64,000 bases of DNA from an uncultured bacterium (GTDB lineage: Bacteria; Lindowbacteria; 2-12-FULL-62-27), in assembly GCA_964534765.1 (NCBI GenBank), contig CAZHRJ010000001.1, positions 762 to 64,761 on the forward strand, in the 5' to 3' direction. The first letter of the stretch is position 1; each line of letters opens with the position of its first letter. Of the stretch, positions 1 through 9,347 are shown in pieces. Made by a program: the position numbers and the translations under genes. Under the pieces are notes generated by a model. The model ran no database searches and had not been told where the DNA came from. It saw nothing but the letters and a program-made list of their open reading frames with translations.

Positions 1-876
1 CCGCGCGAGTTGTCCAAGACCAAGGACATCACGGGAGGCCTCCCGCGCGTGGAGGAATTGTTTGAAGCGCGGGGTAAGACCGCGCGGGACGCGTTTATTT
101 CTCACATCGATGGGGTTGTGTCATTCGAAACAAAAAAGGTGAAGGCGGGGTACCGCAAGGTTGTCGTCACCAACACGGAAACCGGTGTGAAAAAAGAGTA
201 CGACATTCCCATGGGCCGGTACCTCAAGGTCCGGGAATCGGATCTGGTCAAACAGGGCGAGCCTTTGACCGACGGGCCCGTCAATCCGCACGACATATTA
301 AACGTCAAGGACTTGAAAGGCCTGATGCTGTATCTGGTGAACGAGGTTCAGGAGGTGTACCGCCGGCAGGGGGTTGACATCAACGACAAGCACATTGAGA
401 TCATCGTCCGGCAGATGCTGCGCAAAGTCGAGATCAAGGATCAGGGAGACTCGGAGTTTTCCATCGGGAGCCTGATTGACCGGTTTGTGCTGAAGGAAGC
501 CAACGAGCAGCTGATCCGGCAGGGGAAGAAACCGGCGTCCTTCACGCCCGTTTTGCTCGGCATCACCAAGGTCGCGCTGGAGACCGACAGTTTCATCTCC
601 GCCGCGTCGTTCCAGGAGACCCGGCGGGTGCTTACCGACGCGGCTACCAACGGTTCCGTGGACCGCCTGCGGGGTTTGAAAGAAAACGTGATCATCGGAC
701 ATCTGATTCCGGCAGGAACCGGACTGAAACCTTATCGTTCGCAGATTACGACACCGGCGGCGGATTCCGAAAAAATCCTCGGACGGTTCGGCATCGAAAA
801 AACGGCGGCGTCGGCCTCCGGCGAGCAGGCGCCCAGTCAGCCGGAACCCGAGCCGGAGCCTGTCACTGCCATTTGA
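1..876 (+). CDS. rpoC: DNA-directed RNA polymerase subunit beta' (C-terminal fragment; gene starts upstream of the window)
   Basis: The frame is open from base 1. Conserved beta' C-terminal blocks are present: [63 protein letters not shown]. Confidence 0.9.
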   Translation, partial: PRELSKTKDITGGLPRVEELFEARGKTARDAFISHIDGVVSFETKKVKAGYRKVVVTNTETGVKKEYDIPMGRYLKVRESDLVKQGEPLTDGPVNPHDILNVKDLKGLMLYLVNEVQEVYRRQGVDINDKHIEIIVRQMLRKVEIKDQGDSEFSIGSLIDRFVLKEANEQLIRQGKKPASFTPVLLGITKVALETDSFISAASFQETRRVLTDAATNGSVDRLRGLKENVIIGHLIPAGTGLKPYRSQITTPAADSEKILGRFGIEKTAASASGEQAPSQPEPEPEPVTAI

Positions 877-919
877 CGATCCCGTGCCGGCCGTGACAGG
901 GATATCCAGCGACCCGGAT

Positions 920-992
920 GCCGGCGTAGCTCAGTCGGTAGAGCAACTCACTTGTAATGAGTAGGTCGTCGGTTCGATTCCGACCGCCGGCT
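920..992 (+). tRNA. tRNA-Thr (anticodon UGU)
   Basis: 73-nt cloverleaf. Acceptor stem GCCGGCG (920-926) pairs with CGCCGGC (985-991), discriminator T. D-loop AGCTCAGTCGGTAGAGC, anticodon stem ACTCA/TGAGT with loop CTTGTAA, T-arm GGTTCGATTCC. Confidence 0.9.
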
Positions 993-1019
993 GATTGACT
1001 TCAGGAGATCATCTTCCCC

Positions 1020-2183
1020 ATGCAGGATCAGGATCTGGCCGTCGGAGCGGACGGCGCGGTCGGGCTTGTCTCTCCAAAATCACTCGTCACCCATCGGGCG
1101 CCAAACCTCCTGCGGCTTGATTCCGGCAGAAAACTGGGACCCATCACCCAGGTCTACGAGACGTACGGAAAAATCAACCGGGCACGCGATAACGCGGTCC
1201 TCGTGTTTCACGCCCTCTCCGGCGACCATCACGCGGCCGGCCGGCACGGGCCGGATGACGACAAGCCCGGCTGGTGGGACAACATGATCGGGCCCGGGAA
1301 AGCGTTCGACACCGAGAGGGTCTTTGTCATCTGCGCCAATGTCATTGGCGGATGCCGGGGATCCACAGGCCCGGCCAGCGTCAATCCCGCAACCGGCGCG
1401 CCCTACGGCGGAACATTTCCGGTTGTCACTCTGAGGGACATGATCCGCGCGCAGAAGGCGCTGATCGATCATCTGCGAATCAGGAATCTTCTTGCCGTAA
1501 CCGGCAGTTCCATGGGCGGCATGATGGCGCTTCAATGGGCCATAGAATTTCCCCGATCCGTCCGATGCGTCATTCCCATAGCGACCGCCGCATACCAATC
1601 TCCCCAAAACATTGCGCTTCAGGAAGTCGGCCGGCGGGCGATCATGAGCGATTCGCGCTGGAATGGGGGGGATTACTACGGCGGCCCCGTGCCGGAGGGG
1701 GGCCTCAGCGTTGCGCGGATGATCGGACACATATCCTATCTGAGCGACCGGACCATGTGGGATAAGTTCGGCCGGAGGCTCAGAAACGGCGGCGGGTCTC
1801 AACTGGCCTACCGGTTCATACCGGAATTTCAGGTGGAAACCTATCTGCGGCATCAGGGGGAAGTTTTTGTCAAGCGGTTTGACGCCAACAGTTATCTCCA
1901 TATCACAAAAGCCATCGATTATTTCGATTTGACCAAAGGCTCAAAAAGCCCAACCCTGGCCGCGCGGCTGCGGCCGGTCCGCGCCCGGTTCTTGATTTTG
2001 TCATTCACGTCCGACTGGCTCTATCCGGTCGAGCGATCGGTCGAGCTGACGGAGGCGCTGAAGGTATCGGGCAAAGTCGTGCGGCACGAGACGATCCAGT
2101 CGACGTACGGACACGACGCCTGTTTTCTGGAGGCCAATCGCATGAGTCCTCTGATCCGCGATTTTCTGGGAACCAACCGCTGA
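1020..2183 (+). CDS. metX: homoserine O-acetyltransferase
   Basis: 387-aa ORF. Alpha/beta-hydrolase nucleophile elbow GSSMGGM, N-terminal FHALSGDHHAAG and C-terminal STYGHDACFLE are typical of MetX. The gene sits in an operon with metY. Confidence 0.9.
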   Translation: MQDQDLAVGADGAVGLVSPKSLVTHRAPNLLRLDSGRKLGPITQVYETYGKINRARDNAVLVFHALSGDHHAAGRHGPDDDKPGWWDNMIGPGKAFDTERVFVICANVIGGCRGSTGPASVNPATGAPYGGTFPVVTLRDMIRAQKALIDHLRIRNLLAVTGSSMGGMMALQWAIEFPRSVRCVIPIATAAYQSPQNIALQEVGRRAIMSDSRWNGGDYYGGPVPEGGLSVARMIGHISYLSDRTMWDKFGRRLRNGGGSQLAYRFIPEFQVETYLRHQGEVFVKRFDANSYLHITKAIDYFDLTKGSKSPTLAARLRPVRARFLILSFTSDWLYPVERSVELTEALKVSGKVVRHETIQSTYGHDACFLEANRMSPLIRDFLGTNR

Positions 2184-2184
2184 C

Positions 2185-2646
2185 ATGCCGCATCCGGCCG
2201 TCACTCTCATCCGATCCCGGGGGAAATTCACTTGGCGGGGAATTCCCACGCTGGTCTACAAACCGGCCGGAACAGGATTTAAAAAAATCATCCGCCGAGT
2301 CATTCTCGGTGAGCGGGAGCCGGATTTGCCCTTCCAGATCAGATACTTCGAAATGCGCCGCGAAGGATACTCCAGTCTGGAATGTCATGATCACCGGCAC
2401 GCGGTCGTGGTGATCCGCGGCCGGGGGAGGATATTTTTGAGGAACAAGCTGTACGCCCTCAAGCCGTTTGATTCGATTTATATCGGCAAGAATGTCGTCC
2501 ATCAATTTTATCAGACCGGCCGGGAGCCATTTGGGTTTCTCTGTGTGGTTGCCGCCCGACGCGACCGTCCTCGGCTGGTATCCGGGCCGGAAGCGCGGCG
2601 GTTGCGGAAACGATATGCCATCGGGACTGCATTCCTGAAAACATGA
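2185..2646 (+). CDS. cupin-domain protein
   Basis: 153-aa ORF starting 1 nt after the metX stop and overlapping metY by 4 bp. Cupin-like motif ECHDHRHAVVVIRGRG ... NVVHQFYQTG. Confidence 0.6.
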   Translation: MPHPAVTLIRSRGKFTWRGIPTLVYKPAGTGFKKIIRRVILGEREPDLPFQIRYFEMRREGYSSLECHDHRHAVVVIRGRGRIFLRNKLYALKPFDSIYIGKNVVHQFYQTGREPFGFLCVVAARRDRPRLVSGPEARRLRKRYAIGTAFLKT

Positions 2647-3929
2647 CCACTCCCAAACGCCACTTCGGATTCGAAACCCGGATGCTCCACGCCGGGCACA
2701 TTCCCGACTCCGCCACCGGATCGCGAGCCGTGCCGATTTACCAGACCACCTCCTATGTCTTTGAAGACACCGACTACGCCGCGCAGCTCTTTGCGTTGAA
2801 GCAATACGGCAACATCTACACGCGCCTCATGAACCCGACCACCGCTGTATTTGAGGAGCGACTGGCGTCTCTGGAAAACGCCACCGGATGCGTGGCCACT
2901 GCCAGCGGCCAGGCCGCCCAGTATCTAACCATCGCCACCCTGCTGGCCCCCGGTGACGAGATGGTCGCCTCGGCGCACCTCTACGGGGGAACCTACACCC
3001 AGTTTGTTCACACGTTTAAAAAGCTTTCGATCAAAGTCCACTTTGTGGATCCATCGGACCCGGTGAATTTTGAGAAAGCCCTCACCCCGGCCACCCGGGC
3101 CTTGTACGGGGAGACGATCGGCAATCCCAAGGGGAGCATTCTGGACATCGGGGCCGTGTCAGCCGTCGCGCGGGGCAGGCGGATACCGTTGATCGTCGAC
3201 AATACGTTCGCGACGCCGTTTCTATGCCGGCCGATGGATTTCGGGGCGGACATCGTTGTTCATTCGGCGACGAAGTTTATCGGCGGGCACGGCAATTCGA
3301 TTGCCGGGGCCGTTCTGGAATCGGGGAAATTTGATTACAGCCGATATCCCGCCATCGCGGACCCGTCGGCGTCGTATCACGACTTGAAGTTTTATGAGAC
3401 GTTCGGCCACTACGGATTCCTGATGAAACTCCGCGCGGAATCCCTTCGCGACATCGGGCCGTGTCTGTCGCCATTCAACGCCTTTTTGCTCATCCAGGGC
3501 CTCGAAACCCTGTCATTGCGGATGGAGCGGCACGTATCGAACGCTCTTGCCGTCGCCCGATTTCTCAAGGACCATCCGCGGGTTGAGTGGGTCTCCTACG
3601 CGGGCCTCCCGGACAATCCGTTTCACGCCCTTGCCCAAAAATACACGCCCAAAGGCCCGGGCGCGGTGTTTTCGTTCGGAATAAAAGGCGGCCGGGCGGC
3701 GGGCAAGGCATTCATCGAGTCGCTGGAAATTTTCTCTCATCTGGCCAACGTCGGCGACGCCAAAAGTCTCGTGATCCATCCGGCGTCGACCACCCACCAG
3801 CAACTGTCGGACGATGAGCTGGTCGCGTGCGGTGTCGGGCCGGAACTGATTCGACTTTCCGTCGGACTGGAAACGGTGGAGGATCTGATATGGGATCTGG
3901 ACCAGGCCTTAGCTGCGACATCTCATTAA
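2643..3929 (+). CDS. metY: O-acetylhomoserine sulfhydrylase (aminocarboxypropyltransferase)
   Basis: 428-aa ORF of the PLP-dependent Cys/Met-metabolism family. N-terminal FETRMLHAG, PLP-lysine block HSATKFIGGHG, C-terminal RLSVGLE. Confidence 0.9.
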   Translation: MTTPKRHFGFETRMLHAGHIPDSATGSRAVPIYQTTSYVFEDTDYAAQLFALKQYGNIYTRLMNPTTAVFEERLASLENATGCVATASGQAAQYLTIATLLAPGDEMVASAHLYGGTYTQFVHTFKKLSIKVHFVDPSDPVNFEKALTPATRALYGETIGNPKGSILDIGAVSAVARGRRIPLIVDNTFATPFLCRPMDFGADIVVHSATKFIGGHGNSIAGAVLESGKFDYSRYPAIADPSASYHDLKFYETFGHYGFLMKLRAESLRDIGPCLSPFNAFLLIQGLETLSLRMERHVSNALAVARFLKDHPRVEWVSYAGLPDNPFHALAQKYTPKGPGAVFSFGIKGGRAAGKAFIESLEIFSHLANVGDAKSLVIHPASTTHQQLSDDELVACGVGPELIRLSVGLETVEDLIWDLDQALAATSH

Positions 3930-4429
3930 ACTCGATCCTGCCCAAACACCTGCAGGACCGGTACCAGCATCCGGACCTGATTCGAAAGATTCTGGCCGAA
4001 AGCAAAACAATCGCCCTGGTCGGACTATCGTCCGACCGGCAGCGGCCGAGTTTCTTTGTGGCGTCCTACCTTCAATACGAAGGATACCGGATCATTCCGG
4101 TCAATCCGAAGGCGTCGACCATTCTTGGTGAAAAAGCGTATCCGGATGTCCGATCGATCCCTGAACCGGTTGATCTGATCGATGTGTTCCGCCGGCCGGA
4201 GGAATGCGAGGACATTGTGCGGCAGGCGATCGAAAAAAAGGCGAAGGCTGTCTGGTTTCAGCTTCGAATTGTCAACGAATCCGCCGCGCGTCTGGCCGAA
4301 ACGGCGGGTCTGCGGGTCGTCATGGACAAATGCGTGAAGATGGAACACGGCCGATACAACGGCAGCCTCCACTGGGTCGGCATGAACACCGAAATCATCA
4401 CCGCGCGCAAGGCCCGGCGGTTATACTGA
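3890..4429 (+). CDS. CoA-binding domain protein (YccU/YneT-like)
   Basis: ORF 3827..4429. The internal ATG at 3890 is preferred because upstream codons overlap metY. KTIALVGLSSDRQRPSFFVASYLQYEGYRIIPVNP is the typical CoA-binding Rossmann start. Confidence 0.7.
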   Translation: MGSGPGLSCDISLNSILPKHLQDRYQHPDLIRKILAESKTIALVGLSSDRQRPSFFVASYLQYEGYRIIPVNPKASTILGEKAYPDVRSIPEPVDLIDVFRRPEECEDIVRQAIEKKAKAVWFQLRIVNESAARLAETAGLRVVMDKCVKMEHGRYNGSLHWVGMNTEIITARKARRLY

Positions 4430-5476
4430 CGACGACCGTCGCCGGGAATGTCCCACGAGACCCGGATAAATCGCCGCCTTCAGGATGTGTTTCCCCTTGT
4501 AGGTTTCCCACAGGGCCCGGCCGACACCATCGAGGCCGTATCGATGGGTGATCAGCCCCTTTGTCCGGATTTTTCCTGCCGCCAGAAGTTTGAGAGCGTC
4601 CCGCGTGTCCGCGGAATCACAGGAGTAGCTCGTCGTGACCGACTGTTCTTTGAAATAGAGATCATGAAAATTCGGCCGGATGCGGGCGTCCGGCGGCATG
4701 GGCGCGAACAGCTGGATGGTGGCGCCCGGCGCGGCGGCTTGAAATCCCCACGCCAGAGCTTCCACGTTGGGCGGGCCAACCATGACGCAGTCCGCGCCCC
4801 GGCCGGCGGTCTCACGCCGCAGGCGGCCAAGATCGGGTTTAAAGGCCGCGGTGGCGCCGACCCTCAGAGCCGCGCGAAGGCGGTCGGCTTTCAGATCGCA
4901 CGCGAGGATCTTGCCGGCGCCGGCCAGTTTCGCTGATTGAATATTCAAAAGCCCCATGATCCCCGTCCCGATGATGAGGACGGTGTCCCCTTTTTTCAGG
5001 TGAAGCCGTTTCACGGCGTGAATACTGCAGGCCAGGGGCTCGATCAGTACCGCGTCCTCGTCCGGCACGGCGGGCGGAATTTTGAGCGTATCCTTTTGGA
5101 GGTTAAGCCGTGGAATGCGGACGTACTCGGCGAAACCGCCGGGATCGAGCCGCGTTTGATGAAACTCGCCGCAGAGCGTTGGATGACCGCGCCGGCAATC
5201 CACACATCGGCCGCAGGACGTGTGGTGATGGAAAAACACGCGATCGCCGATTCGGAACGGCGGCGAGCCGCGGCCCCGAATCAGCCGCACAATCGTTCCC
5301 ACCGGCTCATGGCCGAGAACGGCCGGACACTTCTGATTGACATACCACGGCATCGCCTCTCCCGTGCAGACACCGCAAACTCGGACCCTGACCAGCGCCT
5401 CTCCCGGACCGATCCGGGGCTCCGGGATTTCCTCGACGCGGACATCCGTGAACGAATAACACCGCGCGACCCTCAC
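4421..5476 (-). CDS. zinc-dependent medium-chain alcohol/polyol dehydrogenase
   Basis: 351 aa. Catalytic-Zn motif GHEPVG, structural-Zn Cys cluster CGRCVDCRRGHPTLC, Rossmann GTGIMG. Overlaps the upstream ADH gene by 4 bp. Confidence 0.8.
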   Translation of the reverse strand: MRVARCYSFTDVRVEEIPEPRIGPGEALVRVRVCGVCTGEAMPWYVNQKCPAVLGHEPVGTIVRLIRGRGSPPFRIGDRVFFHHHTSCGRCVDCRRGHPTLCGEFHQTRLDPGGFAEYVRIPRLNLQKDTLKIPPAVPDEDAVLIEPLACSIHAVKRLHLKKGDTVLIIGTGIMGLLNIQSAKLAGAGKILACDLKADRLRAALRVGATAAFKPDLGRLRRETAGRGADCVMVGPPNVEALAWGFQAAAPGATIQLFAPMPPDARIRPNFHDLYFKEQSVTTSYSCDSADTRDALKLLAAGKIRTKGLITHRYGLDGVGRALWETYKGKHILKAAIYPGLVGHSRRRSSSV

Positions 5477-6510
5477 GGAATAAACGCCACCTTCAAATAG
5501 TCCTTGCGCCCCCGGGCCGAAAAATACTTCGGAATTTCCGACAGCGGCACCCGATCCGAAATAAGGTCGACCGCGGGAACGACTCCGGATTCAAGCAGGT
5601 CCAGCGCCTGTCGGACGTCGGGCGGAGCGAAATGGAATGTGCCGTAGACTGTGAGATTCCCATAATGAATGATCCCGGGATCGATCGGCACACGCTCATC
5701 CGGCGGGCAGCCTCCAAACAGCAAAATCCTGCCGCCGGGCCGCACGGCGGCAAGGGCTTTTTCCCATACGACGCCTCTGCCCACGCCCTCGATCACCACA
5801 TCTGGACCGTGAGGAGGAAAGGCGGATTTGAGAGACTCTGGCGAAACTGTTGCGTCAAAAGTGAGATGAGCGCCGAGGCGCGCAGCCGCGTTCAGCCGGG
5901 CCGGATATTTTCCAACAACGCCGATTGAGCGGGCCTTGCGGTGCCGGGCCAGGCACGTCATCATGAGACCGATCGGTCCGTCACCCAGAATCAGCACCGA
6001 TTCTCCTTCCGACACATCCACCACATTCATGCCATGCACGCAACACGCCAGGGGCTCCATCAAGGCCCCCGCGTCGAAGGACATCGATGCTGGCAGCGGC
6101 AGGCAATTCTGGGCGTGCACATGGGGCGGAATTTTGATGTACTGCGCGTACGCGCCGTAAGCCATCCGGTCGGTCAAGCTGTCGCAGAGGTTTGGCTGCT
6201 GTTTGGAACAGAAAAAACACCGGCCGCAAGGGCCCGTATGGACACAGGCTACCCGGTCGCCCACTGAAAATCCTCTGACCGATTTTCCCACGCGGGCGAT
6301 CTCTCCTGAAAACTCGTGACCCAGCGGCCCCGGAATTTTGATCTTTGGATGTCCCCTCAGATACGCCTTCTGGTCTGTTCCACAGGTCAGGGCCGACCGG
6401 ACGCGAATCAGAAGATCGTCGTCCGAAATCTCCGGGACGGGCGCGTCTTCGACACGGAGATCCAGAGGCGCCCGCAGGATCGCCGCTCGCATCCAACTGG
6501 CGGCGGTCAT
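5473..6510 (-). CDS. zinc-dependent medium-chain alcohol/polyol dehydrogenase (second paralog)
   Basis: 345 aa. GHEFSGEI, CGRCFFCSKQQPNLC, GDGPIG. Overlaps the upstream lipid-kinase gene by 4 bp. Confidence 0.8.
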   Translation of the reverse strand: MTAASWMRAAILRAPLDLRVEDAPVPEISDDDLLIRVRSALTCGTDQKAYLRGHPKIKIPGPLGHEFSGEIARVGKSVRGFSVGDRVACVHTGPCGRCFFCSKQQPNLCDSLTDRMAYGAYAQYIKIPPHVHAQNCLPLPASMSFDAGALMEPLACCVHGMNVVDVSEGESVLILGDGPIGLMMTCLARHRKARSIGVVGKYPARLNAAARLGAHLTFDATVSPESLKSAFPPHGPDVVIEGVGRGVVWEKALAAVRPGGRILLFGGCPPDERVPIDPGIIHYGNLTVYGTFHFAPPDVRQALDLLESGVVPAVDLISDRVPLSEIPKYFSARGRKDYLKVAFIP

Positions 6511-7424
6511 TGGGGTGGCGTGGATCGCGGGACGAGGACGTGCAGGGATTTAGGCAGGATCGTGAGCTTCACCGGCAGTTTCGCGACGCAATCCCCGTCG
6601 GACTGGACCGGCCACGCGTGGGATACGCCGGAAGCGCGAATGGTGACGGTATGGGTACGAAGATATTCGACGTAAGCCAGCCGGACGTGGCTGCCGGATG
6701 AGATAGAGAGAAAAAATCGAAGGCTGGCGATCCGGCCGGATTTTTTGACGAGGATGACATCAAACCGGCCGTCATCGATCTTGGCCTTGGGCGCCATCGG
6801 GCTCGACCCGCCATACATCCGGGCGTTCTGGACAAAGACCTGATACGCCACCCGGTCAATCCCATGCTCATCCGTGACCGACATCCGGCACGGCCGGCGC
6901 GCGAGCCAGATCAGGATCCCGCGCAGAACATAAGCCCATTTTCCGAGTCGGCGTTTCAAACCGGGTCCGACCGTTCGGACCGCTTCGGCGTCAATTCCGC
7001 AGCTGGCCATCAGGAGGAATTTCATATCCCCCCCCTGTGTGTTTTCCCCCTCGGCCAACTGCCCGACATCGATGCTGACTCTCCCGCCGGCCATCAGGGC
7101 CGATACCGCGTCGGCCGGGTCGGCCGGGATGGACATCTCACGGCAAAAAACATTCACTGTCCCGCCCGGAAGGGGACAGAGCATGGTGTCGGTGTAGGTC
7201 AGGGCCTGGGCGGCCGCGGCCAGTGTGCCGTCGCCTCCGAGAACCCAGAGACGGTCCACGCGGGACGCGGCGGCCTTCAGTGACACATCGATGATTTCCG
7301 GAATGGTCGCAACCAAATGTTCTTCGCAGGCCACCTGGTGCTGCGTCAACCGTCTCCGAACCCTGTCCATCCGGTCAGGGGCGCAACCTGCGGCGGACGA
7401 GGTGTTAAGGATCAGCCAATCCAT
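6507..7424 (-). CDS. diacylglycerol-kinase-catalytic-domain lipid kinase (YegS/BmrU family)
   Basis: 305 aa with the DAGK_cat signature WVLGGDGTLAAAAQAL. Confidence 0.75.
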   Translation of the reverse strand: MDWLILNTSSAAGCAPDRMDRVRRRLTQHQVACEEHLVATIPEIIDVSLKAAASRVDRLWVLGGDGTLAAAAQALTYTDTMLCPLPGGTVNVFCREMSIPADPADAVSALMAGGRVSIDVGQLAEGENTQGGDMKFLLMASCGIDAEAVRTVGPGLKRRLGKWAYVLRGILIWLARRPCRMSVTDEHGIDRVAYQVFVQNARMYGGSSPMAPKAKIDDGRFDVILVKKSGRIASLRFFLSISSGSHVRLAYVEYLRTHTVTIRASGVSHAWPVQSDGDCVAKLPVKLTILPKSLHVLVPRSTPPQ

Positions 7425-7433
7425 ACCGGTCCG

Positions 7434-8153
7434 TTATGACTTCGGTTGAATTTCCCGTCGGGCGGGGGCAGGTTTTCGATCGGATAATTTAGCGTGTGAC
7501 GAATGGGACAAACGGGGTTTGGCGCGCTGCCGTATGTCCTGCTGCCTCGACCGGATGATCTCGCGATACCGGAAAGGGGAGAGGTTCCGAAGGAGGTAGG
7601 CCATCTGGCACGCGCGTTCGAGCGTGGTGGTCCAGTGGAGACCTTCTTCGAGATTTTCTCCGGCAGCGAAACTGCCGTGTCCCCGGATAACGGCGATGTG
7701 GGATCCGCGGGCGAACGCATCGGCCAGGAGTTTTCCCGTCTCCGCCGATCCTGAGACTTCTTTGGGTTTCAGTACCGGGATTTCTCCCAGAAAGAGAAAG
7801 GCCTCATTGTCGACCGGATAAATCACGTCTTCCACCAGCGAGAAGACAATCGTGTGGGGCGGATGGGCGTGCAGAATGGCCTTGGCTCCGGTATTCAAAT
7901 AAATCTGTCGATGCATCGGCAGTTCCACCGACGCGATGCCCTGGACGTCCTCGGACAGCGGAACGACGATGATGTCCGATTCGACCAGCCGGTCCAGACG
8001 CGACCCGGTCCGCGTAATGAAAATATCCGCGTCTCCCCGGATGCTGATATTTCCGGAATGGCTCGTGTTGATTCCCATCTGAAGCAACTTTTCGCCGGCG
8101 TCCTGAATCTGCCGGTAGGCGGTCTCACGCATCATGGACATACTGCCCCACAT
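7434..8153 (-). CDS. class II aldolase/adducin-family protein
   Basis: 239 aa. NTSHSGNISIR and AILHAHPPHTIVFS (His metal ligands) are typical of the fuculose-1-P aldolase / MtnB family. Carries a basic ~45-aa C-terminal tail. Confidence 0.8.
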   Translation of the reverse strand: MWGSMSMMRETAYRQIQDAGEKLLQMGINTSHSGNISIRGDADIFITRTGSRLDRLVESDIIVVPLSEDVQGIASVELPMHRQIYLNTGAKAILHAHPPHTIVFSLVEDVIYPVDNEAFLFLGEIPVLKPKEVSGSAETGKLLADAFARGSHIAVIRGHGSFAAGENLEEGLHWTTTLERACQMAYLLRNLSPFRYREIIRSRQQDIRQRAKPRLSHSSHAKLSDRKPAPARREIQPKS

Positions 8154-8199
8154 TAAACCCCCGGACCGGCCTATCCCGCAAGGGGGGGAGGGGATATTT

Positions 8200-9270
8200 T
8201 CAGGCCGAGGTCAGGGATCGCGCGAACGACGCGGACGAGATCAGGAGGATATTGGCCATGTGGCAGGCCCAGGACGCGCCCGTTTCGACGCCGACCGCCA
8301 CAGCCGCGTCAAAGACCAGCCGGTGGACAAACCCGATCAGGATGGCCAGACAGATCGCCCGGGCCACGTTGAACCGCAGCATTCTCATCCCGAACCACGC
8401 GCCGAGCAGAACGCCGATCGCCGGCGCGAACGCCGTGGCGATCCGGCTGTGAATTTCCTGCCGGGCGAGAAAACTTCTCGCCGAAATCAGCTCCCGGGCC
8501 GACATCCATTGAACCTGATTTTTCCGGTGCGCCACTTCAAACAAAAATTTCTCCGGCGGCGGTAAGGTCAGCGGATAATCCAGGCTGTCAAACGGCTGAT
8601 ATTTCAACACCTGACCGGTCGGCGGATCGATTCTCCGGTAAAATCCCGATTCCAGGAACCAACGGGTTCCCCGTTTGACCATCCGGCCGGCCTGGTAGAG
8701 TTCGGAGACGTTGGATCCGGAGAAAACGAGGATTTTGACCGATTCGATCTGATTTCGCGGCGTGCCGGGCAATCCGCCACCGGACTGGAGGGCCGCCTGA
8801 GTCAGCCGGACATAAAACGGTTCCGACATGGGATCGACCTGGCGGCCGGATTTGATCACGGATTTCAGGACATCCGCCTGCCGGTGCAATTCCGGCAGCC
8901 AGTCAAGCTGGCTGTGGAACACGAAGGCCAGAATCAATGTTGCCAGCCACAGGACGGGATAAAGAAGTTTGCGGTCGTGACATCCGGCCGACCGCATGGC
9001 GGTCAGTTCCAGCCGGCGGGAAAACTCGCCCATCGTAAACAGACCCGCCAGCACCAGCATCACCATCAACAGCTCGATCATGCGGGGAACACATCCCAGG
9101 ACCAGATACTCGAACAAATTCCCGACTGAGACATTCTGCTTCACAACATCGTCCAAAATGTCGAAAAGATTAATCAGGGAAGCGATTACACAACAAGTCA
9201 TTACAACAAAAAGAGTCGCCGCGACCGAGCGGCGGAAAATGTATCGGTACAGGATTTGCATATTTAGCAT
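8200..9270 (-). CDS. LptF/LptG-family (YjgP/YjgQ) permease
   Basis: 356 aa. Hydrophobic helices cluster at both ends around a central soluble (periplasmic-type) domain, which is the LptF/G layout. Confidence 0.65.
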   Translation of the reverse strand: MLNMQILYRYIFRRSVAATLFVVMTCCVIASLINLFDILDDVVKQNVSVGNLFEYLVLGCVPRMIELLMVMLVLAGLFTMGEFSRRLELTAMRSAGCHDRKLLYPVLWLATLILAFVFHSQLDWLPELHRQADVLKSVIKSGRQVDPMSEPFYVRLTQAALQSGGGLPGTPRNQIESVKILVFSGSNVSELYQAGRMVKRGTRWFLESGFYRRIDPPTGQVLKYQPFDSLDYPLTLPPPEKFLFEVAHRKNQVQWMSARELISARSFLARQEIHSRIATAFAPAIGVLLGAWFGMRMLRFNVARAICLAILIGFVHRLVFDAAVAVGVETGASWACHMANILLISSASFARSLTSA

Positions 9271-9347
9271 ATTACCGAAAGCAAAAGTGGCGTCGGCGCT
9301 CTTTGTCTTTGCGCTTCATCGCCGCTAAGTATAGCTTTGGGGTAAAG

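Noticed and set aside
993-1019. Possible SAM riboswitch or T-box leader upstream of metX
   Set aside because: Only 27 nt separate the tRNA from the metX start, which is far too short for either element.
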